64,000 nt of DNA from IMG/VR virus record IMGVR_UViG_3300048080_000202, positions 1,859 through 65,858 of that record; one strand, written 5' to 3'. This DNA is from a virus. Below the pieces are notes generated by a model. It saw only the letters and a program-made list of their open reading frames with translations, was not told where the DNA came from and did not search any database. The position numbers were made by a program, and so were the translations under genes. How positions within the stretch are numbered: the stretch's first letter is position 1; each line of letters starts with the position of its first letter. This document shows positions 18,353-26,151 of this stretch, piece by piece.

Positions 18353-18568
18353 TTAGACATATCGGCGTAAATCAAACTTCACTTCAATCACCGGATCTCC
18401 CCGAATCTCCGGACTCTCCACTTCTAGTGCAAGCTTGTTCGCGTGCTGGGGATTGAGCCGGAGGCGAACAGCCTTGGCGTCAGCGGGGAGTTGATCTTCT
18501 CCGAGATACCCTCGCATGATCTCCAACAGGGAATCGATGGTTACAAGCACTGCACGTGTGCCGGTCAT
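18353..18568 (-). CDS. Hypothetical protein (paralog of 17730-18011)
   Basis: 'IMRGYLGEDQLPAD...LALEVESPE'; ATGA overlap with the upstream gene. Confidence 0.6.
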   Translation of the reverse strand: MTGTRAVLVTIDSLLEIMRGYLGEDQLPADAKAVRLRLNPQHANKLALEVESPEIRGDPVIEVKFDLRRYV

Positions 18569-18954
18569 TTCACTTTCCTTATGCTCTGCACACTGTACAT
18601 TGGAATATCTAATGTCCTTCGAGCAGAATCATCTCCCGCTTCTTGAGCGATTACTATCCAATCTTTATCTTCGTATAATAAATATCCAACATCATTTAAT
18701 AGTGCCCCGACTCTATACTTCCCCGGAGCTACATTCCCGGCCCAATTCGCGGCGTCCAACCACGTTACTTCCACTATCTGTGGTTTCTTGAACTCCGGAA
18801 TCACTATCTCCCGCTTCTTGAGCCTCCCAAGCTTTCTCTTCATCTCCCTTATCCCTTTCAATTGTGATTGCCCCCGAGAATCCATAGGGGGTTTCTCCTT
18901 TGCACCGAGCCCGCAGGGGTCCGCCCACTCCAAGGTGGTCGATCCGCATTTCAA
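18565..18954 (-). CDS. Conserved phage hypothetical protein
   Basis: 'VEVTWLDA...VGYL..ED...IVIAQ...IP...V..I' pattern; the real start is probably 'MKRKLG'. Confidence 0.6.
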   Translation of the reverse strand: MKCGSTTLEWADPCGLGAKEKPPMDSRGQSQLKGIREMKRKLGRLKKREIVIPEFKKPQIVEVTWLDAANWAGNVAPGKYRVGALLNDVGYLLYEDKDWIVIAQEAGDDSARRTLDIPMYSVQSIRKVK

Positions 18955-19114
18955 TCATCTCTGAGGGTTCGTTGCAGATGATGCAGTTTTTAACCTCCCG
19001 CACAATGAAATCCTGTCCACACCCGGGGCACTTCTCAATCCGCAGGCGCAGCGGCCACGTGTGGCCTGCGGAGCATCTTGCGAATGTGCAGGGGGTGAGG
19101 GGTTTTTCTGCCAT
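18713..19114 (-). CDS. Zinc-ribbon protein
   Basis: 'RCSAGH', 'CPGCG' and 'CIICN' Cys pairs. Confidence 0.55.
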   Translation of the reverse strand: MAEKPLTPCTFARCSAGHTWPLRLRIEKCPGCGQDFIVREVKNCIICNEPSEMIEMRIDHLGVGGPLRARCKGETPYGFSGAITIERDKGDEEKAWEAQEAGDSDSGVQETTDSGSNVVGRRELGRECSSGEV

Positions 19115-19362
19115 TTATCTTGACACCATCCCCATACAGAATGGGCATACTCGATAAATCGGGAAATATCGTGCCCCGCAAATTGGGCAGGGTATAACAC
19201 GAGATGGTGTCATGAATTCTCCCCGCAATTCTCACACAACACATCGAACTTCACATCCCCGTCGGGCATACGCTTAGACTTCACAGTAAACACAGACTTC
19301 ACTCCGGGGACATCTGAAGTGTGGTCAAACAAGAAGTCAATAAAATCTTCACAGTAAAGCAT
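19115..19362 (-). CDS. Two coupled microproteins (19210-19362, 50 aa; 19115-19213, 32 aa CPxC-CPxC)
   Basis: Manual translation: MLYCEDFIDF...CENCGENS after SD GAGGTGGAGG, and MTPSRVIPCPICGARYFPIYRVCPFCMGMVSR with an ATGA overlap. Confidence 0.55.
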
Positions 19363-19380
19363 TCCTCCACCTCACCAATC

Positions 19381-19409
19381 ATTCTACCACAAACTCTCAC
19401 AAAATGCAA
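19381..19409 (-). promoter_or_regulatory. Sigma70-type promoter TTGCAT-N17-TAGAAT
   Basis: 17-nt spacer with extended TG, upstream of the SD and ATG at 19362. Confidence 0.7.
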
Positions 19410-19599
19410 TACCCTTTCTGGGGACATAGTAAGCCAGGAATTTTTCTCTTTCCTTTTCAAAACAATTGACTCGCCTCCCCTTATATATACACCCCTTGTT
19501 GTATCTCACAAGGCCTGACCATACAACAAGGGGGTGTTACATATATATAAATATATAATATTAAAAAATAAAAGAGTATAAACCAAGAAGAAAAACCCC

Positions 19600-19929
19600 T
19601 CACACATCTGGACAACCTCTTTCCTTCTCCCGTTGGCAGTTCAGACACAGGAGTTCATAGTCCGGGGATTCCATGAGAACTGCATGGTAGATTGAGTACC
19701 AACCTTCTTTCTTGGAGGTCTTACGTGTAACAAGTAATCCAATCACTTTATCATAACCACATCTCTCACATTTCCCCCCAAGCTTTTCAATCGCCTGTGA
19801 GCGAAGCTTTGCTTGATACCTCTTCTGAGGAGAAACCGGGGTCTCGGGCTTTTCAATCTTTGCTTTCTCCCAAGATTCCTTCACCCACCATGACTCGTTG
19901 ATTTGTTCTTGAAGTTCCGCAGGAATCAT
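19600..19929 (-). CDS. Degenerate HNH-like zinc-finger protein
   Basis: 'GGKCERCGY...YELLCLNC', lacking the 'DH' catalytic motif. Confidence 0.6.
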   Translation of the reverse strand: MIPAELQEQINESWWVKESWEKAKIEKPETPVSPQKRYQAKLRSQAIEKLGGKCERCGYDKVIGLLVTRKTSKKEGWYSIYHAVLMESPDYELLCLNCQREKERGCPDV

Positions 19930-19930
19930 A

Positions 19931-20260
19931 TTAGTCGGGGAGATTCAGTGGTGTCACCAAATTCCCCGTCCCCTTCATTTTGATCTCTTTTTCCCCATCC
20001 AAAATCCAACAATTCGCACAAAGTAACTGGCTAGTCTTCTCGCCCCACACAATATCTTCACAAATTTTAGCGACCGTTTTCTCCCGGGTATCCACTCGAA
20101 GCGCTCGTGAATCGTTAAATCCACACTTCTCACACTTTGATCCGTAGAATTCCAAAATTCTCTGTCTCTGCCTTTCCAAGAATTTCCTTTGGTACCCCCT
20201 CACCTTCTCTGGGTTCCTCTTCGCCCACTCCCTTTGGTATCCAATTTCTCCAATTTTCAT
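19931..20260 (-). CDS. Degenerate HNH-like zinc-finger protein (paralog)
   Basis: 'GSKCEKCGFNDSRALRVD...QLLCANC', with no catalytic His. Confidence 0.6.
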   Translation of the reverse strand: MKIGEIGYQREWAKRNPEKVRGYQRKFLERQRQRILEFYGSKCEKCGFNDSRALRVDTREKTVAKICEDIVWGEKTSQLLCANCWILDGEKEIKMKGTGNLVTPLNLPD

Positions 20261-20286
20261 ATTCAGTCTCCTTTGACTGTAAGGAT

Positions 20287-20315
20287 ATTATAACACACTC
20301 CTCTCTCGTTGTCAA
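20287..20315 (-). promoter_or_regulatory. Consensus sigma70 promoter TTGACA-N17-TATAAT heading the leftward arm
   Basis: Perfect hexamers, 17-nt spacer and extended TG; RBS GGAG before the ATG at 20260. Confidence 0.9.
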
Positions 20316-20745
20316 GAGAAAAGAATCGAAATGATATCTGAATTTTTTCTGTATTTTCCGCGAGTAACCCCACCGCCATACGCGCGTGCGCGTGCGCGTG
20401 CGATGGACTGACCCGTCCCCGTCAAAGGAAATGAATAGTACGTTTGGCGCTACGCGGGAAGAAAACAAACGACTTCGGATAATCCCAGGTATGCTAGGGT
20501 ATCACACGCGCACGCGAGGTCTTGCGGAGCGCTCCAGTAGTCTAACTATGGGAGTGGAGCGGGTCGCCTCTTCCGGCGGTCGAACTAGAATCCAGCGCCG
20601 GGCGATCTTCCGCCAGGTGGCCCGCCGTGGGCTGGGCGTGGCCCGCCCTGCGGTCGCAGGACATGAAGTGCAGGTATTGCCCGATTCGGCAATTATCAAC
20701 GGGTTAGCTTGTGGAAAACTGTGCAAGACCTGGGTATGGCTAACG

Positions 20746-20810
20746 GCTCACATGATCTGAGTTTGGGTTACTCACATTATCTAAGTGTCCAAGACTCATG
20801 ATATATGAGT
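20746..20810. promoter_or_regulatory. Three 17-bp palindromic operator-like sites (ACTCA-N7-TGAGT) at a 24-bp period
   Basis: GCTCACATGATCTGAGT at 20746, ACTCACATTATCTAAGT at 20770 and ACTCATGATATATGAGT at 20794. Confidence 0.65.
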
Positions 20811-21143
20811 GCAGGATTGACAGGATTATCTAAGGGTTTCAGGCGCATATTTCGGCATATCTGAGTGTTCGGCGCGCACATAGCTTTAGAATCAGCGGTA
20901 GTCATTACTGAGTAGGGCGAATTTACCGGCAGATTTTACCGGGCGGGCAGATTTTACACGATTCGGCGGAAGTTCCAGCGGAATCAACAGGATAGCGGCG
21001 AAAATCGCCGTGGAGCGGCTAGAATCGAGTAGAATTTACATGGGCGAAGAAAAAGCGAAGATCTTTAGAATCAGCGACTTGCGGCGGGTTCGAGGTTTGG
21101 CAATCGGGCTGCAACCTGGGGTCTGCGCCGAACCAGGCGAGTT

Positions 21144-21271
21144 ATGCTCTATAGTAGCACAGGATATGCGGAAAGGGTAGACGGGTTGAAGTCATGCTTC
21201 ATAGAATCCAGTCTAGAGCAGGGTACCGAACAATCTACCCTTTCCGCGCATCCTGCGCCCTATAGGAGCAT
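21144..21271. repeat. Imperfect inverted repeat with 38-nt arms covering the RBS of the first rightward gene
   Basis: 21144-21181 versus 21234-21271; the core GCGGAAAGGGTAGA/TCTACCCTTTCCGC is perfect. Confidence 0.8.
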
Positions 21272-21272
21272 T

Positions 21273-21629
21273 ATGGAACCACTCAAAACAGTAACACCAC
21301 TGGTAGCGGTCGAAGATCCAATGGCCGCTATCTGCGAAGAACTCAACGCTGCGCCGGAAAAGGCGTCGGAGAAATACCCGCCTTGCCCCGCTACGTTGAT
21401 GATTCGGGAAGGGAAATACGTCCTGGAAATCGACCCTTCGGTTCTGGCGAAGTTCCTTCACCCAATGAAGGAAAAGGCGAAGAAAGACAAGGCCGGTAAC
21501 GAACTGAAGCTGGCCGATGGCACGTCAGTGATGGAACGGCCAGGTGGCCGCACTACGTACCTCGCTGTGAAAGCCATCACCGTCAACAAGAGGGAGTTTA
21601 CCATCAACGCGAACGCTTTCCTGCGGTAA
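21273..21629 (+). CDS. Early hypothetical protein
   Basis: SD GGAG before ATG 21273; followed by a terminator-like hairpin. Confidence 0.7.
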   Translation: MEPLKTVTPLVAVEDPMAAICEELNAAPEKASEKYPPCPATLMIREGKYVLEIDPSVLAKFLHPMKEKAKKDKAGNELKLADGTSVMERPGGRTTYLAVKAITVNKREFTINANAFLR

Positions 21630-21645
21630 TTCCGGCAGGCACACG

Positions 21646-21686
21646 AACGGCCAGAGGTTAATAGCTTCTGGCCGTTAAGTGTTTTT
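21646..21686 (+). terminator. Intrinsic terminator-like hairpin
   Basis: AACGGCCAGAG/TTCTGGCCGTT stem followed by a T-rich tail (GTTTTTC). Confidence 0.55.
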
Positions 21687-21692
21687 CGGATC

Positions 21693-22157
21693 ATGTCACT
21701 AACTAGCAAAATCTACGGCGACCAGGAACGCGACGGTATTCCACGTGGCCCCGTTCGCAAGCGCCTGGCGTACACCTTGCCAGAGATCGGTGAGTGGCCG
21801 CAGGAGTGGTTCGAGACACCGGACCAGGCGCTGGGCAAGAGGATCGATCGAGACGTCGCTTATCGCGGACCGCGATTCAAGAAACCCGAGGTACAAGCTC
21901 CAGCCGAAAGGGACACCGCTCCGCTCACGGATATGGAAGTCCAAGCGTTTATAACAGCGTGTTTCGAGGGAGCTTCTTCCGTCCCCTGCTGCCCCGCAAC
22001 GGTCACCGACCAACGGGGGGAGTACACTTTGCGGGCGGGCGAACGGGTACAGCCCAAGCTACATGACCTCACTGGACTTCCTATCGTCCGTGTCGAGGGT
22101 ACGTGCATGGTACAACCCGTGCCAAGGCGGGCAAAAGGAGTATTAAAAAACCCATGA
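21693..22157 (+). CDS. Early hypothetical protein
   Basis: 154 aa; shares the 'CPAT...G.Y.L' motif with 21273-21629. Confidence 0.6.
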   Translation: MSLTSKIYGDQERDGIPRGPVRKRLAYTLPEIGEWPQEWFETPDQALGKRIDRDVAYRGPRFKKPEVQAPAERDTAPLTDMEVQAFITACFEGASSVPCCPATVTDQRGEYTLRAGERVQPKLHDLTGLPIVRVEGTCMVQPVPRRAKGVLKNP

Positions 22158-23415
22158 CCACCAGTATCTCTGACCCTGTTATCCTGTTAGAAGTCCAGGA
22201 CTGGTTGTGTGAGAAACCGGACTTCAAGGAATTGCGAATTTTCAAGCTCCGTTATCTCATGAAGTGGGGGATAATGCCTTTAGACGTTTTGGACAGAGTG
22301 ACGCGTGGGGAGTTGACGATGGCGGACGCCCTGGGAGGGGCGAAAGAATGAATGTGATTAGCATTCCTTGTGAATGGAAGTTGTTGTACTATGTGTATGC
22401 CCCGTTTTTGTTGTTTGCGAGGCAGCGCTTATGAACACCGAACACGAGGTGGACAAACGCGACACGAATGTGACTTTCTGTCGCACGTGTGGGTACCTCG
22501 CTGGTAAATCCCCCAAAGCGAGAGCGGAGTCGTTTTGCGTTGGGGATGTGAGAGACCCCGGGAAGGAGATTTTTGATGCTGAAGTTAGCTGAATGTCCGG
22601 TCTGTGAAACGTGCTTATACGACGGGCATTCACCCAAGACTCATGGGTTCCTGGCGAAGATGCGCAGGTTTGTGAGGCGTCACAAGGAGTGCAAACGTGC
22701 AAAGAAGAAATAAATGGGGTGTGAGAGAAGCACTATTGGCGGAAGCCCAACACATCCTGTGGTTGTTCAATAACCACTTCATCCAGGGTTGGGAGTTTGT
22801 GCTTCGCAGCACCCGGGTAAAGCGAAGGATGGAGAAAGTGGGGATGATAGTATGAAACACCAACGTATATTGTACGAGGAGATTCTTGCCAAGAATTTCG
22901 TTTGGCAAAAACTAGAGGAAGGTCATAGCGTGGCTATGGCAGTAGAGATTTCAGGAGTTCAAACAAAGTACTATGTTAATTGGGATTGAGCGTACCTCGA
23001 TTTAATTCTATAACATGCTTATAGAATTAAATGGGGGTTACTAAACGTTCACCTTCAAAAGCCATAGCAGATTTAAGGCGGGTAACCCCCAAAAGGGAGC
23101 CATTGGAATGACACACCCAAAGCGCGATGGATGGAAGGGCCGGAAGGCGAGTGGGGGACGGGCGAATGTGCCGGATACACGGGTGAAGCCCGAGCGTCCT
23201 CGGCAGGTGTGGGTGTTGGAACCGGGGTTGGAGCGTTTTGAACCCATGAAGATTTTGTCCACAGGAGATCGCACGTGAAATCCCCACGGTCCTATCTCCG
23301 ACGGCTGGGAAAGCGTCGATACCCAAGAAGTGGAAGCCAACCCAAAAGGAGCGTGCCATGCGCGATACCGAACCGATCGACGAGTAGACTAATGAGCAAT
23401 TCGACGGCCATGAGA

Positions 23416-23690
23416 TAGTGTTTCGACCCACCCTGCGAGGTAACATCCCCCAAGGCGGTATTGGGGTTTCATCCCTCGTGGGGGTGGGTGGGGTCACTAC
23501 AGTGGAGGCATCTAGCACCATAGGTGCAGAGTGAACCTAAGCACTCACGCTTCCCCCAAGAAATAGACCACCACGCGCAATACCCGTTGAAGCTAGAAAC
23601 ACACTCGGCATACGCGGGGCATAGCAGCAGGTGAAATAGTGTGATAGTAACCTGTGGAACGGAACTCTAATCCGTCGGAGTGGTGGTCTA
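23416..23690 (+). ncRNA. Candidate structured non-coding RNA
   Basis: Long hairpin 23416-23499, then a multibranch domain closed by an 11-bp TAGACCACCAC/GTGGTGGTCTA stem with a possible loop-loop pairing. Confidence 0.5.
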
Positions 23691-24487
23691 AAATAATTAA
23701 GAGGAAAGATATGTTTTCAAGATTGATTGTCGCAATCATGTTCATATGGGCGTTATTCGCCTTATTCACCTCCGAGGAGTACGAAACTCCTGAGAGTGTG
23801 AGTGTACCAAGGGTGAGGTTGTAAGGGAAGCCATGGAGCTAACTCTCCTCGACCGCCTCAAAGCAGAGAATCTCCTCCTCGCGGAGATTGACTTCCGTCG
23901 TGCATGTGAGGGGGATGTGAATGAGGAGCTTGCCATTCCGGCGATTGACCCCGAACACACATACCATCTTGCGCAGATTGTAGAGCACACACTTGTGGCG
24001 AGACACCTCCGAGAGTTAGAGGAGGAGTGGAGGGGGAATCCCGGGAACCCAAGGGTTGTGAGTACTCTTTCTGCTCTTGAATGTGCCGCGTGTGACATGG
24101 CGGGGGTGGCGGAGAGGATAAGGAAGGCGTGGGGGTATCGAAATGACTAAACTCCGGAAGTCCCAGAAGCATACCCTTCGTGTGTGGATTGCTGCAACTA
24201 GGAAAGCTGTTAAGAAGGGTAAAGAACCGCCTCCTGCCCCAAGGTTTAACTGAGGTTAATATGCAAAGATCGTGGAAACAAATCTTATTTCCAACCACTA
24301 TTCTAGGTCGCCCTTATACTCCAGAAGAGAAGCTAGCCACCGATGAGGACATGATGGGTGAAGAAAGGTGCGCGATGATTTACGAAATGCGCACTGGTGG
24401 GCGGTGTCTGCTGATAGATACAATGGTAGGTGGGTTTCTCACAGCTATGTTGCTGGCTTTAGTTGTAGTGCTGGTGGCGGTGGTTTT

Positions 24488-25012
24488 GTGAAAACCGTTC
24501 TTTTCGTCGACGGTGGGTATGTGGAGAAGATTTCCCAAGCCCGTTTGGACTACCGAAAGCTCCCAGGGGCGCTCCTCAAAGCTGTAGGGGGAGGTCACCT
24601 GCTTCGCACGTATTATTATGATTGTGTGCCAGGGCAATATGAGAGTAATAAGCAGAAGTTCTTGGATGCTTTAACATACATCCCAAATTTCGTAGTGCGA
24701 TATGGACACCTTGAAAAGCATGTGGGAAAGGATGGGGAAGAAGTATTCACCCAGAAGATGACGGATGTCCAGCTAGCATTGGATGTATTAAAAGCGGCAC
24801 AGAATGGGGTGGAGAGAGTGATTGTTATGACCGGGGACATGGATTTTGTCCCGGTGTTTGAAGCAGCAAGGGAGGTAATGTGTGAAGTGGTGTTGGTTAG
24901 TGGAACCGGGGTGACGCCGATGTTGGCGGGGAGTGTGGATAGGAAAGTGACGTTTGGGGGGGTGTTGCAAGAGGAATGTCGGTGGAAGAATGGGGAGGAG
25001 AGAATATTATGA
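24488..25012 (+). CDS. NYN-domain (LabA/DUF88, PIN-like) ribonuclease
   Basis: GTG start overlaps the upstream stop; 'FVDGGY', 'RTYYYD', 'QKMTDVQLALD' and 'MTGDMDFVPV' carry all the acidic catalytic residues. Confidence 0.85.
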   Translation: MKTVLFVDGGYVEKISQARLDYRKLPGALLKAVGGGHLLRTYYYDCVPGQYESNKQKFLDALTYIPNFVVRYGHLEKHVGKDGEEVFTQKMTDVQLALDVLKAAQNGVERVIVMTGDMDFVPVFEAAREVMCEVVLVSGTGVTPMLAGSVDRKVTFGGVLQEECRWKNGEERIL

Positions 25013-25863
25013 AATGCGCAGCATGGGATCGACTTATTGACTTAGGGGAACCAAGTTGTAAAGAGTCTAATGAAGAGTTCTTATGTACATTAGGAGATGG
25101 ACACCTATATGAATGCCATGCGCACAGTGCAAATGGGAACTGCCTTCATATTTGGATGGCGGTCAAGAAAACACCGCGTCAAGTGCGCATGGAGAGGAAC
25201 AACAGGAATGAAGGAAGGTAAGGGAGGAAATATGAACGAAGGTGAAACTCTCTTTAGTTTAATAGGTGCAATGCTTGATGGGCTTAAAAACCCGCCCCAG
25301 CCCATGTTTCGCACTCAATGTGATAATGGGTTATCTGTTTCTACTGTGAACACCTCTGATATGGGAATGGAAACAGCAATTATTGCGCATTGTCATGCGC
25401 ATCCTGTGGAGAGATACAAGGATTCTGCGAAAGCCGCAAAAGCGGGACACAAAAAGTGGGTGGAGTTTTGTAACCAAGAGAATGTGATTGGGAAGAAGAT
25501 TACTGAGCTTGGGTGTGGGTGTGTTGAGAGTAGGGAAATAACTCTATGAACAAAGAGTGGCAATTTATAAGACATCGACTTCGTGGTGAAGTGTTAACTG
25601 TGAAACGCAACGGGAGGACTTGGGCAGAATTCCTCCCCTCCACCCTTGATTCAGCCAAACTTTACGCAGAGCGGTGGTGTGTGTGAGTGAAAAGCAACGA
25701 AAGCAGTTGTGGAATAATGGTGTGGAGTTGGAAGCGTCAAAACTAGGAAACGTGCGGTCGCAATTGAGTCCTGATTGTGAGTGGAGTTTTACTGGGAAGA
25801 AGAAATTTGGGGGGAATGTGATTGCAGCAGAGAAATTGGTGGCTGGAAAGTTTGGTCGTTAAA

Positions 25864-25952
25864 GCTGGCATGGTAAAGAGGGGAGTTACATCATACTGCT
25901 ATTATGTGGGGGCGCAAGCTCCCAGTCGCTCCCTTCGTTTGTTCCTGCCAGC
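25864..25952 (+). ncRNA. Y-RNA-like RNA 1
   Basis: GCTGGCA/TGCCAGC terminal stem, TGGTAAAG/CGTTTGTTCC internal loop, GAGGGGAG/CTCCCTTC upper stem and a GCAA tetraloop hairpin. Confidence 0.75.
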
Positions 25953-25959
25953 AAAAGTT

Positions 25960-26032
25960 CTTGGGTGTGGTGAAGTTGGGGATTCCTTCATTTTGGAATG
26001 ATAAAGAGCCCCGGCGTTTGTGCCCACCCAAG
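25960..26032 (+). ncRNA. Y-RNA-like RNA 2
   Basis: CTTGGGTG/CACCCAAG terminal stem, TGGTGAAG/CGTTTGTGCC loop and GTTGGGG/CCCCGGC upper stem. Confidence 0.7.
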
Positions 26033-26038
26033 GAGAGA

Positions 26039-26134
26039 TTCCAACATGGTGAAGAGTGGAAATCCTTCATTGGAGCAGGAATGCTGCTTCGGCAAGCGCC
26101 TGCATTTAGGTCCGCTCGTTTGTTCCTGTTGGAA
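26039..26134 (+). ncRNA. Y-RNA-like RNA 3
   Basis: TTCCAACA/TGTTGGAA terminal stem, TGGTGAAG/CGTTTGTTCC loop, GAGTGGA/TCCGCTC upper stem and a UUCG hairpin; ends 17 nt before the Ro60 start. Confidence 0.75.
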
Positions 26135-26151
26135 GCATTAAAGGAGATAAT

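Noticed and set aside
20376-20402. GCGCGT microsatellite as a functional element
   Set aside because: It has only about four short units with no supporting context, so it is too weak to call.
20884-21076. CTTTAGAATCAGCG direct repeat (about 20884 and 21063) as att sites
   Set aside because: The copies are only about 180 bp apart and no integrase is present in the window.
23564-23690. Fourth Y-RNA copy or a known ribozyme
   Set aside because: It lacks the UGGU(G/A)AAG/CGUUUGUUCC loop, and I could not find hammerhead, twister or pistol core motifs; it is kept only as an unnamed structured RNA.
25864-26134. CRISPR array or simple DNA repeat
   Set aside because: The shared bases are short and split between the two ends of each unit, and the variable parts base-pair with each other. 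This is RNA-structure conservation rather than repeat-spacer architecture, and no cas genes are present.
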